From Raphidiopsis brookii D9 (GTDB lineage: Bacteria; Cyanobacteriota; Cyanobacteriia; Cyanobacteriales; Nostocaceae): a DNA stretch of 32,000 bases. Under the pieces are notes generated by a model, which worked only from the letters and a program-made list of their open reading frames with translations, did not search any database and was not told the origin of the DNA. Positions 9,594-18,697 of the stretch are shown here, in pieces. The DNA lies in the NCBI GenBank assembly GCA_000175855.1, contig ACYB01000031.1, positions 90,001 through 122,000 on the forward strand, written 5' to 3'. Each line of letters opens with the position of its first letter. The stretch's first letter is position 1. A program made the translations under genes and the position numbers.

Positions 9594-9818
9594 CTAACTA
9601 ATTGTCTCCAATTCACTCTCTCTTAAATGGGCTTTGAATTTTTTGCTGAACTGGACTAGAATGGGGAAGTTAGCACTCACTGGTCTACCTTGCCATTGGG
9701 TGACAATGGCGGAAATTTGACCTTCCGCACCCTTAATGTCAAACCCCTGACCTTTATTATCCGGGTGATGGTAAACTATCACTGACTCTTTCACACGCAC
9801 GCGATCGCCAATCTTCAT
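9594..9818 (-). CDS. ftrV: Ferredoxin-thioredoxin reductase variable subunit
   Basis: 74 aa. MKIGDRVRVKESVIVYHHP...GFDIKGAEGQI...WQGRPVSANFPILVQF...FKAHLRESELE is the conserved FTR variable-chain pattern. Confidence 0.85.
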   Translation of the reverse strand: MKIGDRVRVKESVIVYHHPDNKGQGFDIKGAEGQISAIVTQWQGRPVSANFPILVQFSKKFKAHLRESELETIS

Positions 9819-9909
9819 AGTGAGTATTTGTACTTAAATTTTATTGAAAATGTATTTTGCTTGCCTGATTTTACCATATCTAGGCTGTTGTCTCCAAAAA
9901 AGGAGAATA

Positions 9910-11886
9910 TTACTGTTTGAGGCACAATGGTTGGAATTTTTCGGGGAGTTGTTGACAAATCTGGTTCCAGGTGTGGGGTTGAGATTCTCTCCAGGTCCAT
10001 AAATAAATACCTCCACTTCCCAACAATAGAACAAACAAACCAATAAGGAGCTTAACCAAGTGATGAGAAGGTTTATGGGAGTTAGTTTTTCCCGTGGTTG
10101 TAGAACCTTCTAGGGTTAAATTTAAATCCAGCGGATCCGATGAATTTACTGCCAGGGAGTCTATTATATATGCTTGTAGTGGGGGGATTTCACTTTCTGG
10201 TTCCAGCACAGTAATTAATAATTCTTCTGGTTCCAGCACCTCTAATCCATGTTCTGGGGGTGGGGTGACTATTAAGTGAGCTTGGTTACGGAAAAGACTA
10301 ACCACGACTGATATATTATCCTGGCCGTTTTTTTCCTTAGCTAGTTGCACCCATTTGTGTACCGCATCCTCCACAGTGATTTTACCTGTTAACAGAGGAA
10401 TGACCTGGTCTTGCCAAGATTTTTCTACCCAGTCATTATCGCTTAAACCATCTGAACAAAGTAGTAAAACTCCATCCTCCTCTAAAATAAACCTCCTGAT
10501 ATTAAACTCTAGGGATTCTGCTTCCTTGATGCCCAGGGCCTGGGTAAGAGCGTTGGCGTGGGGAGTGATCATGGCTTGACGGTACAAACTTTTGCCAGAA
10601 GAGACTATTTTAGTTGCCATGTCATCATCTATAGTCAACAATTGACAATAGTAGGGAGTAATCCAATAGGCGCGACTATCACCAATACTAGCTAGATAAA
10701 GTTCGTGTCCATTGTCTGACTCCCATCCGGTGTTAGTGGTAACCGGTTGTGGTAATTGTATAGCCATTAGTAGAGTTGTAGCCATACGTTCCCTACCTTG
10801 ACGATTTTGTTCGTCATTACAAGACCAAATCATATTATTGACGACCCGCAGACTAGCTGCTAGTTGTTGTTGCAACAAATCTGGTGTTAAGATCTCCGTT
10901 TGCTCTGCTATATCTTGTAACCAAGCTCGAATTTGTAACTTTGCCGATTGTACAGCCAATTGACTGGCAACCTCCCCACCTTCATGACCACCAACACCGT
11001 CACAAACGATTAAAAGATGTTCTTTTAAATAGTTATCCAAATCAGTGTATTGACTGGGATAGCAAGTGTCCTCATTGTGTTGCATAATTGGGCCTTTATC
11101 TGTAAGGCCAGCAACTGTTACCATGAGAGGTAACTCCCCAGCAGATGCAAGCAATAATTTATTTAGTTGATAAGTAATGCTTTCTAGATTTGCATTTGGT
11201 TGACACATTTCTTGAATAAGCAGACTTAATTTGGGTGCAATTTCAGCCTTGGCAGCTATTACCCATGACTGCCAAGATTGCCCTAAATCTTGTAAAGTAA
11301 ATGTGCTCGTAGTTGAGGGCAATTCCAATAATTTCACACACCAACCTTCCACAAAGATATTCTCAGGTGATAATAAGCTAGCTGCCAACCCCATTTGTGA
11401 TAGTGGTTTCCATAGCTCTAGGATTTGCCATAACCAGTATAATTGTCTCACTGCTTTAGCTTGTTCCCAAGCTATGGTAATAATTGGATAAAGATTACCA
11501 TTAGTATCAATAGGGGCATTTTCGAATAAAATAATCTCATGACTTCTATGATCCTCATTATTATATTCAAAATCAACAATCCCATAAGGTTGAGGTACGT
11601 GTAATCGCTCCCCATATAACTTGAGATAGGGAATTACGGATGGTGGCAATTGGGATGGTGCTTCCGGTGTCTTTCTCGGTTGGGTATCTAGCCAGATCTG
11701 TTCTGTAATTACCTCATATCTATTGGCAACTTTTGTTCCCGAGGATATGTTCACCGCCCCCTTCGCCCATAAATATCGGTACACTAGAGGTGTTTGGCAG
11801 CTTTGACAAATGCGATCTCCCAGATGATTTGTGGGGTTTTCGCAGTGGGGACTAACACAATAAATGATTCGTTCGTTATAATACAT
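9910..11886 (-). CDS. Membrane-anchored PP2C serine/threonine phosphatase with an N-terminal 4-Cys zinc ribbon and a degenerate kinase-like domain
   Basis: Start moved to MYYNERIIYC (ATG 11884-11886). 4-Cys prefix: CVSPHC...CQSC. PP2C motifs are intact: CDGVGGHEGGEVAS, IGDSRAY, LLCSDGLSD, GQDNISVVV. C-terminal TM: LVKLLIGLFVLLLGSGGIYLWTW. Confidence 0.8.
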   Translation of the reverse strand: MYYNERIIYCVSPHCENPTNHLGDRICQSCQTPLVYRYLWAKGAVNISSGTKVANRYEVITEQIWLDTQPRKTPEAPSQLPPSVIPYLKLYGERLHVPQPYGIVDFEYNNEDHRSHEIILFENAPIDTNGNLYPIITIAWEQAKAVRQLYWLWQILELWKPLSQMGLAASLLSPENIFVEGWCVKLLELPSTTSTFTLQDLGQSWQSWVIAAKAEIAPKLSLLIQEMCQPNANLESITYQLNKLLLASAGELPLMVTVAGLTDKGPIMQHNEDTCYPSQYTDLDNYLKEHLLIVCDGVGGHEGGEVASQLAVQSAKLQIRAWLQDIAEQTEILTPDLLQQQLAASLRVVNNMIWSCNDEQNRQGRERMATTLLMAIQLPQPVTTNTGWESDNGHELYLASIGDSRAYWITPYYCQLLTIDDDMATKIVSSGKSLYRQAMITPHANALTQALGIKEAESLEFNIRRFILEEDGVLLLCSDGLSDNDWVEKSWQDQVIPLLTGKITVEDAVHKWVQLAKEKNGQDNISVVVSLFRNQAHLIVTPPPEHGLEVLEPEELLITVLEPESEIPPLQAYIIDSLAVNSSDPLDLNLTLEGSTTTGKTNSHKPSHHLVKLLIGLFVLLLGSGGIYLWTWRESQPHTWNQICQQLPEKFQPLCLKQ

Positions 11887-12047
11887 AAAGGTTAAATAAA
11901 GGTGAACTTTGTTAAAAGTTAAACAAAAATCCGTATGAATCAACACAAGTTAACGTAAAGTTCAATTAAGTTTAGATGTCAACAATTGGAGTTGGAGAAT
12001 AAAATGGACTTATCCGTTACCAACTTGTTACTTAATTGAATTAATTC

Positions 12048-12509
12048 ATGAACCTAGTCTCTGTAAACGGACTCATGCAAAATTTTACTGCAATCTGGTT
12101 GTTGCTGGGCATAATTCTGTGTTTTATGGAACTCCTGTTACCAACAGCTTTTGTGCAATTGTTGATGGGAATTAGTGCCCTAGTGGTAGCAGTACTTTCC
12201 CTGTTAGGTTTAGGTAATTTATTCCTGCAAGTGATTGTTTGGCTGACAATTTCTAGTTTTTTAACCATCTTCTCCCGGAGGTTTTTTCCGTTACGGGAAG
12301 CGAAATCAAAAATTCTTACTAGTAAAGTAGGTGAAACCATGACAGAAATTTTACCAGGTAAGGTAGGAAGGGTTCTGTACGAGGGCAATTCTTGGCGAGG
12401 TAGATGTGATGATGATAAACTTACCATACCTGCTGGTCAAAAAGTTTATGTGGTATACAGGGAGGGGACTACTCTAATTGTGATGCCAGAAAACGTTTTA
12501 GATCACTAA
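12048..12509 (+). CDS. NfeD family membrane protein
   Basis: N-terminal TM helices plus a C-terminal OB-fold segment ([16 protein letters not shown]...[16 protein letters not shown]). It sits directly upstream of an SPFH gene, the classic nfeD-stomatin pairing. Confidence 0.75.
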   Translation: MNLVSVNGLMQNFTAIWLLLGIILCFMELLLPTAFVQLLMGISALVVAVLSLLGLGNLFLQVIVWLTISSFLTIFSRRFFPLREAKSKILTSKVGETMTEILPGKVGRVLYEGNSWRGRCDDDKLTIPAGQKVYVVYREGTTLIVMPENVLDH

Positions 12510-12562
12510 CGGTTAGAACTGGAGAAATTAATCTATATAGTATTTTAACGGAGGTTAGAAGA

Positions 12563-13537
12563 ATGGAGCAGTTTTTACTATTACTGGGATTAATTTTTGG
12601 TGGTGGTGCTATGATGAAGTGTGTTAGAGTGATAAACCAAGGTGATGAGGCATTAGTAGAAACACTGGGGAGTTATAAAAGGAAATTGGAGCCTGGACTA
12701 AACTTGATTAATCCTCTGTTAGATAACATAGTTTATAAGCAAACCATTCGAGAGAAAGTTTTAGATATTCCTCCTCAGCAGTGTATTACCCGTGATAATG
12801 TGTCTATTACTGTTGATGCTGTGGTGTATTGGCGAATAGTTGATATGGAGAAAGCCTATTATAAGGTAGAAAACCTACAGTCAGCTATGGTGAATCTGGT
12901 ACTGACTCAAATTCGGGCTGAAATGGGACAGTTAGAATTAGATCAGACCTTTACAGCAAGAACTCAAATTAACGAGATTCTGTTGCGGGATTTAGATATT
13001 GCTACTGACCCTTGGGGGGTAAAGGTAACAAGAGTGGAATTAAGGGATATTATCCCATCCAAGGCTGTGCAAGAATCCATGGAATTACAAATGTCCGCTG
13101 AAAGAAAGAAACGAGCAGCCATTTTGACATCGGAGGGAGACCGAGAATCAGCAGTTAACAGTGCTAGGGGTAAAGCAGATGCCCAAATATTAGATGCGGA
13201 AGCACGACAAAAGTCCATAATATTGCAGGCAGAAGCAGAACAAAAGGCGATTGTTTTAAGAGCGCAAGCGGAAAGACAGCAACAAGTGTTAAAGGCACAG
13301 GCGATTGCAGAATCAGCTGAGATTATTGCCCAGAGAATGCAAGCTAATCCAGAAGCACATAAAGCTTTAGAGGTTTTATTCGCCTTGGGTTATTTGGATA
13401 TGGGGGTGAGCATTGGTAAAAGCAATAGCAGTAAGGTGATGTTTATGGATCCCCGAACTATTCCCGCCACTTTGGAGGGGATTCGGTCAATTGTTGGTGA
13501 TGTAAACAATGTAGGAGATTCCAACAAGTTAACTTAA
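12563..13537 (+). CDS. SPFH/band 7 (stomatin/prohibitin-like) protein
   Basis: Motifs: [66 protein letters not shown]-, Q- and E-rich coiled-coil tail. Confidence 0.88.
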   Translation: MEQFLLLLGLIFGGGAMMKCVRVINQGDEALVETLGSYKRKLEPGLNLINPLLDNIVYKQTIREKVLDIPPQQCITRDNVSITVDAVVYWRIVDMEKAYYKVENLQSAMVNLVLTQIRAEMGQLELDQTFTARTQINEILLRDLDIATDPWGVKVTRVELRDIIPSKAVQESMELQMSAERKKRAAILTSEGDRESAVNSARGKADAQILDAEARQKSIILQAEAEQKAIVLRAQAERQQQVLKAQAIAESAEIIAQRMQANPEAHKALEVLFALGYLDMGVSIGKSNSSKVMFMDPRTIPATLEGIRSIVGDVNNVGDSNKLT

Positions 13538-13569
13538 TTTATGAACTGCTGTTTGTTGTTTTCTACAGT

Positions 13570-13953
13570 CTACATTTCTTGACACTTATTACACAAACCA
13601 AAAAATTCTAATGTGTGATAAAAAACCCTAAAGTTATGACTGACTTGTAATTCGTTTTCTAGGTCGTGTACTGGACATTGATGAATGGAGATAGAAGCAC
13701 CACATTGTAGGCAGGTCAGATGATGCTTGTCTTGTTGGGTCAAACTGTAAAGCGACTCACCATTAGGCAAGGTTCTGACTTGCACTTTCCCCTCTAGTTT
13801 TAGGGATTCCAAAGAGCGGTAGACTGTGGCTAAACCCATACTTTGATTGCGATTACGTAATTCTACGTACATATCCTGGGCTGAAATACCTTGTTTAATG
13901 TTTCCCAATAGGTTTAATATGCGATCTTGACTGCGGGTACGGATGGCTTTCAT
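13570..13953 (-). CDS. zur: Fur family metalloregulator, Zur (FurB)-like
   Basis: 127 aa. Motifs: ISAQDMYVELRNRNQSMGLATVYRSLESLKLEG, HHLTCLQCG, HTLEFFGLCNKCQ (structural CxxC pairs). This pattern resembles cyanobacterial Zur more than FurA. The subfamily assignment is from memory. Confidence 0.7.
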   Translation of the reverse strand: MKAIRTRSQDRILNLLGNIKQGISAQDMYVELRNRNQSMGLATVYRSLESLKLEGKVQVRTLPNGESLYSLTQQDKHHLTCLQCGASISIHQCPVHDLENELQVSHNFRVFYHTLEFFGLCNKCQEM

Positions 13954-14146
13954 AGTAGTTGTAGACCTTAGGATTAAAATTATTGCCTATTTATTCATAT
14001 ATTAGCGTATCCTCCCGCACAGGGAGGGTTATAAACCAAAGCGGATTCGTTAAGCTGGAACTAAATTTCACCTTGTATTTTATTGATATATAATCTAAAC
14101 GGTATAGGATAACGATTAAACCATTACACCATTTAGCTAAATTTTA

Positions 14147-14425
14147 ATGCAAAGGAAGTATATCGCCAAAATTTTCGTTACCCTTCGTCCTTCAGTTCTC
14201 GATCCTGCTGGGGTAGCTGTACAATCTGGGCTTAGACAGTTGGGATATGATAATGTGGAGCAAGTGCGTATTGGTAAGTATATAGAGCTTACTCTAGTTT
14301 GCCAAAATGAGGCTAAAGCTCGTACTAGCTTAAATCAGATGTGCGAGCAAATGTTAGCGAATACAGTTATAGAAAACTATCGCTTTGACTTAATTGAAGT
14401 GGAATCCCAAACCGGTGTTTTCTAA
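14147..14425 (+). CDS. purS: Phosphoribosylformylglycinamidine synthase subunit PurS
   Basis: 92 aa. Motifs: VTLRPSVLDPAGVAVQSGLRQLGYDNVEQVRIGKYIELTL. Confidence 0.88.
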   Translation: MQRKYIAKIFVTLRPSVLDPAGVAVQSGLRQLGYDNVEQVRIGKYIELTLVCQNEAKARTSLNQMCEQMLANTVIENYRFDLIEVESQTGVF

Positions 14426-14483
14426 TTAGTGGATTAATGTAGCAAACTTTCACTAAATTTCTTATTACCCCTTGACACTTATT

Positions 14484-14505
14484 CCTGATTAATTATATAA
14501 TCAGG
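14484..14505. terminator. AT-rich perfect 8-bp hairpin between the convergent purS and SIMPL genes
   Basis: CCTGATTA-attata-TAATCAGG. There is no flanking U-tract, so a terminator function is uncertain. Confidence 0.3.
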
Positions 14506-14508
14506 TTC

Positions 14509-15264
14509 CTACTTCATACTGAAGGTAATGGACACCACCGCCGTGATGTCTTTATCAATGGAGGATGTATCGTAAAGCCCGGAATCACTCACATCCGTAG
14601 AGTTTCGAGCAGTGATTTGAAATACTCCTGTCTGCGCGCTCCTCACGGAACCTACCTGACCACCAGCACTATCAGCAATGGCTTTGGCCCTAGCTTGCGC
14701 ATCTTTGGTAGCTTCAGCTACCATTTCTACCCGCAATTTACTTAATTGTGTATAGAGGTATTCTGGTGGTTGTACGGTGAGATTAATTCCCTCGTTAATT
14801 AACTCTGTAGACTTTTGAGATAGTTGACTGTATTTATCCACATCCTGAGAGCGGATTTGTAGGTTTTGAGTTAACTTATGGGCTAGGATCCGACCTGTTT
14901 CTCTACCATTTTCGGCAATTTCCGGAATTATCATCGTTTCCACGGGATTGCTGGTAATTGCTGCATCGGGGACACCGTTTTCTTTGAGATATGCTTGGAC
15001 TCTTACGGTTTGATTTTTGAGGTCTTTAAATGCTTCCTCTATGGTTGGTTTCTGACTAGCTAGGGATAATCTTAAAACAATATAATCGGAGCGAATTGGG
15101 CGCTTGGCCGAACCAGTCACAATTAACACGTCGTTAGCTTTTTTAAAATCTAGAATTGCTCTGGAACCAATCCAAGTGCTGATGACCAAAGATAAAGAAA
15201 TTAGGCTAAGTCCAGCTAGCAGCTGAGGAAAACTTTTGGCAGTGGTAGTTTCTGACTGTGTCAC
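14509..15264 (-). CDS. SIMPL domain (DUF541) periplasmic/membrane-anchored protein
   Basis: GTG start. N-terminal TM. SIMPL-like pattern: IVTGSAKRPIRSDYIVLRLSL...AFKDLKNQTVRVQAYLKENGV...AEATKDAQARAKAIADSAGGQVGSVRS... Confidence 0.7.
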   Translation of the reverse strand: MTQSETTTAKSFPQLLAGLSLISLSLVISTWIGSRAILDFKKANDVLIVTGSAKRPIRSDYIVLRLSLASQKPTIEEAFKDLKNQTVRVQAYLKENGVPDAAITSNPVETMIIPEIAENGRETGRILAHKLTQNLQIRSQDVDKYSQLSQKSTELINEGINLTVQPPEYLYTQLSKLRVEMVAEATKDAQARAKAIADSAGGQVGSVRSAQTGVFQITARNSTDVSDSGLYDTSSIDKDITAVVSITFSMK

Positions 15265-15329
15265 AGGTTTTCACTCTACTTTAACTATTGATGACCATTG
15301 AGAAAAACCATTAAAAAAAGATTTATCAT

Positions 15330-15743
15330 TCAGTTACACAACAGGCGATCGCGGATAGATGTTAAATGGTCTTGGGAGTTAACTGGACATCTAGGTGCTG
15401 GTAAATCACTATTGGGCCAGGTGAGCATGTAGTAACAGGGACAGGAGTTTGATGGCAGTCCTGTGGTTTTAATGGGGACTGGCATTGCACAGCGTCCACA
15501 GGGTAAGATTTCCCAGCTAGGTGTTAACAATTGGGCTATGGTTTCTTGGGTTCCCTCTAAATAACAATCGCGGGTTTCTAAGGATAGAATTTTTTGCCAA
15601 CAGTTTTCAAACTCTTGACTATAGCGATCGCCATTTAAGACGGTACTTGGTAAGAAGCTATGATGGTTTTGACCAACTATAACCTTTTTACCTAATTGAA
15701 ACCAGTGAGCCAGGTATTTTTTGACTTCTTGTTTGTTTGCCAT
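15330..15743 (-). CDS. Hypothetical Cys-rich protein, no family recognised
   Basis: MANKQEVKKYLAHWFQLGKK...CGRC...SCPCYY...PRCP. Alternative starts at 15752 and 15785. Same strand as cobU and directly downstream of it. Confidence 0.5.
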   Translation of the reverse strand: MANKQEVKKYLAHWFQLGKKVIVGQNHHSFLPSTVLNGDRYSQEFENCWQKILSLETRDCYLEGTQETIAQLLTPSWEILPCGRCAMPVPIKTTGLPSNSCPCYYMLTWPNSDLPAPRCPVNSQDHLTSIRDRLLCN

Positions 15744-15799
15744 AATTCCCATTTTAATCACTAATTCCCTAATTGAACCTGTCAATGTTGAATTCCTTC

Positions 15800-16348
15800 T
15801 TAAGATTTCACCGGTGGTAAAGGAACACCCAAAATACTCAAATTCAAAACATAACCCCCAGTCACCAGGTAGACCGTGTGAGAAATTCTGCCCAACTGAC
15901 GTACCAACCCACCCAACCGATCCCGAAATTTACGCCCTGCGGGGTAAGCTGGAATCACACCCCAACCGGTTTCTTCTGCTACAAATAGCAAATCCCCATC
16001 TATCAAAGGTAGGTCTGCTAAAAATTCCTCCAGAGTTTTTTCCCAAATGAGATCATCTTGCTCTAAACAATTGGCCACCCAGGTGCCCAAAGAATCAATT
16101 AAAATACAGGTGTCAGCTGTTTGGTTCTTTAAACTCCCTGTCAGCTCCCTGGGAACACACATAGTTATCCAGGTTTCCGGACGTCGTTGCTGATGTTTTT
16201 CAATGCGTTGTTGCCATTCCAGATCATGGGGATTCTCATTAGCGGTGGCTATATAAACCACCTTCTTCCCCGACTCGAGGGCTAAATTTTCTGCCCATTC
16301 GCTTTTTCCTGAACGTGCTGGACCAGTGACTAAGATAATTTTTCCCAT
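15800..16348 (-). CDS. cobU: Bifunctional adenosylcobinamide kinase / adenosylcobinamide-phosphate guanylyltransferase
   Basis: P-loop MGKIILVTGPARSGKSEWAE. CobU/CobP pattern: VYIATA...EWQQRIEKHQQRRP..W.T, then LIDSLGTWVAN and VAEETGWGVIP. Confidence 0.88.
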   Translation of the reverse strand: MGKIILVTGPARSGKSEWAENLALESGKKVVYIATANENPHDLEWQQRIEKHQQRRPETWITMCVPRELTGSLKNQTADTCILIDSLGTWVANCLEQDDLIWEKTLEEFLADLPLIDGDLLFVAEETGWGVIPAYPAGRKFRDRLGGLVRQLGRISHTVYLVTGGYVLNLSILGVPLPPVKS

Positions 16349-16458
16349 ATTTATTAAGTGTTGAATTATAAGTATTGATTGACTGTTAATTGGCTTTATG
16401 ATAAATACTAATTAGCAACAGTTAACAAAACCACCATCCAAAGCTTTAGAATCTCTTT

Positions 16459-17232
16459 ATGAAAGCAGGCTTAAAACGGATTGAGGCAACTTTACATGAT
16501 TTAGGGATTCGTAATCCTGACTCACCATCAGCAAAATCCCCAGCTAAAAAACGACCTTTCTCATTTAGGGTTAGCCTGGGTAGCGACACTACCCAGCCAA
16601 ACAACACCGGTCAAGAAACTGTTGATATAAACAGCAATAAAAAAATCAACTCCCAACCTCAAGAGCACATATTATCTTCAGTCCCAACCTTCCCTACCCA
16701 AGATATTGACAGCAAAACCCCAGACTTACCTAAATTCAAAACCCCTAAGTTTAGTAATCATAGACACAGCGCCAATCCTGGTTTTACAATCGGTCTTTTG
16801 CAAGAGATCCAACAAACCGTGGTAGCTTGGCAGGGTGAGTTAGAAATAATTCTCCAGCAAATTCAAAATATTTACTTAGAAGGTCAGGTGATTAATGGTT
16901 GGCTAGAGTCCAATACCCAACCACAGGAAACGGAAGGAACTGCAACCCTGCGTCATGGGGAAATTGAAGCTATTTTGGACTATGTACAGCAAATTTGTCA
17001 GTCAGAAGTGAAAGTCGACCGATCATCTCGCACGGACTATCGTCTTTGTGGTGTGGATGCTAATGGTCAACTTTGGTCACGTCCTTGTTCTGTAGAAGAA
17101 GTTCCTAGTCTTAGCATAGCTATAGCACGCTACCAAAAGTTACGCCAACTCCTGGGACGTAAACACTATTTGGAGAGTCGATTGACTAAGTTATCTGAAA
17201 CACTGGTTGATTTGCAGGGTGGTTTAAAATAG
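16459..17232 (+). CDS. Hypothetical protein (low-complexity N-terminal half, structured C-terminal half)
   Basis: 257-aa ORF with ATG start and normal codon usage. No family recognised. Confidence 0.5.
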   Translation: MKAGLKRIEATLHDLGIRNPDSPSAKSPAKKRPFSFRVSLGSDTTQPNNTGQETVDINSNKKINSQPQEHILSSVPTFPTQDIDSKTPDLPKFKTPKFSNHRHSANPGFTIGLLQEIQQTVVAWQGELEIILQQIQNIYLEGQVINGWLESNTQPQETEGTATLRHGEIEAILDYVQQICQSEVKVDRSSRTDYRLCGVDANGQLWSRPCSVEEVPSLSIAIARYQKLRQLLGRKHYLESRLTKLSETLVDLQGGLK

Positions 17233-17241
17233 ATGTTGAAT

Positions 17242-18651
17242 CTAAAATCCTAAGAACAGAGATATTTTTTCCCACCAGGAAGTATGGAAATCACCCACAG
17301 ACAACCTCATTTTTTGACGGATGTCATCGATTTTCCAATTGGTTAATCTGGCTAAATTCTGCGCTTCTTGTTCAAACCTGCGGGGTAGGGAGTCCTTATA
17401 TCTTTTCCCTGCAGAACATTCCAATTTGCCATTAAAGGGATGAGTTAAAACATAACGACCTTGAAATAACTCTTGGTTAGAAGTGGTTTGAAATATCAAA
17501 TCCTCTGGGAATTTATCCCTCGTATAGCGAACATGTAACCGGGTAATATAAGCATTAGTTTCTGAGAAAGCAAAACCAAAATTGGGTGCGATACGATTGT
17601 AATTATTACCTCTTTCATCTAACCAAAACACTCCCGCTTGTTTCAGTTCTTCTAAATTGAGAGGTTCAGCAGAACAAGGATCGCAATTACCCATGTCCCA
17701 CCCATATTCTAAAAAGGCTACTTTCCTGTCTTCTTGCAGGTAAGAATTTTGGAACATGGCTTTGTAAAAACTACCAAATTCATCTTTAATGAAAAGGGGA
17801 ATATTAGTATCGGAAGGAATTTTGACTGTGCGGTAGTTAGTAACCTCTGCTTGTCCTCTTGGGGAGATAATATAAACAATTAGGTCTTGTTCGGTAGTAG
17901 CATTAATCATTCCCAATCGAATGGGCAAAATGAACTTGGAGGACTCGTATGCAATTTGTAAAGGACGCAAAAACTGATAACCAGATTGCTCAAACTTGTC
18001 CAAGTTGACCTTAGCTACAAAGAATTTCATCCCGGAGCGAACATAGGGTTGCAGTAGCCGATTTGCACCCCTAGGGATTTTGTAACCATTCAGATTTAAC
18101 CAAGTTTCTAATCCATCTGACTCTTTTGCGCTGAGAATCACAATATCATATTCGCCCACGTTAAATTGGGCTTCAATAGTTACCCCCAATGTGTTATCCC
18201 CTGGTATTTTCTCTACTGCGCTAGGTCGTCTTGTCCCTGTCTCTGGTATAACACCCGGTGAATCGTAATACCTTCTCCTGCAAGGATCTTGATCAAAATA
18301 CTCCACTAATCGAGGAGCAGTAAAAGCATCCAACCGCTGAATGATTTTCGGATCAGGTACACGTACTTGATGTTCTTGAATAATTGTGGGTACAGGAACA
18401 ACTACTGCAAAATCTTTTATATCACTCTGAAAATCATTGGCCATTGTTAACACGGTTTTTGTGCCGTCCCTAGCTATAATTACTTGGGAAGCTTGATTGT
18501 ATAATCTGGTATCAGCTTTGGCAACGTAAAACCCACAAAACGCCCAAGCTGTGGGAGCAAAAGAAATTAAGACCAAAATTGCCATTAATGGCACAAACAA
18601 TATCAGTCTTGAGGGGTATCTGAGCAAAAAGTTGAAATAGGTCTTGTTCAT
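17242..18651 (-). CDS. DUF2330 domain protein (secreted, C-terminally anchored)
   Basis: Signal peptide ...SFAPTAWA/FCGFYVAKADTRLYNQASQVIIARDGTKTVLTMANDFQ...FAVVVPVP, which is the DUF2330 N-terminal signature as I recall it. Hydrophobic C-terminal end: WWEKISLFLGF. Confidence 0.65.
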   Translation of the reverse strand: MNKTYFNFLLRYPSRLILFVPLMAILVLISFAPTAWAFCGFYVAKADTRLYNQASQVIIARDGTKTVLTMANDFQSDIKDFAVVVPVPTIIQEHQVRVPDPKIIQRLDAFTAPRLVEYFDQDPCRRRYYDSPGVIPETGTRRPSAVEKIPGDNTLGVTIEAQFNVGEYDIVILSAKESDGLETWLNLNGYKIPRGANRLLQPYVRSGMKFFVAKVNLDKFEQSGYQFLRPLQIAYESSKFILPIRLGMINATTEQDLIVYIISPRGQAEVTNYRTVKIPSDTNIPLFIKDEFGSFYKAMFQNSYLQEDRKVAFLEYGWDMGNCDPCSAEPLNLEELKQAGVFWLDERGNNYNRIAPNFGFAFSETNAYITRLHVRYTRDKFPEDLIFQTTSNQELFQGRYVLTHPFNGKLECSAGKRYKDSLPRRFEQEAQNLARLTNWKIDDIRQKMRLSVGDFHTSWWEKISLFLGF

Positions 18652-18697
18652 ATTTTTGGTAGTTGCTAATTAGATATGTTTTGATATGTTATACCTT

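Noticed and set aside
9815-10043. Two small minus-strand ORFs (61 and 69 aa) between ftrV and the PP2C gene.
   Set aside because: They overlap each other and the PP2C 3' end, and no motifs are present. The PP2C C-terminal frame explains the region.
12048-13537. The nfeD-SPFH pair, considered as a candidate novel system.
   Set aside because: This two-gene operon is widespread and already described across bacteria and archaea. Nothing in this copy (domain order, spacing, extra genes) departs from the standard arrangement.
14011-14027. A perfect GC-rich hairpin CCTCCC-gcaca-GGGAGG in the zur/purS divergent intergenic region.
   Set aside because: It is a single short hairpin with no U-tract and no recognisable Fur/Zur box or riboswitch context. 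I cannot assign a function from sequence alone.
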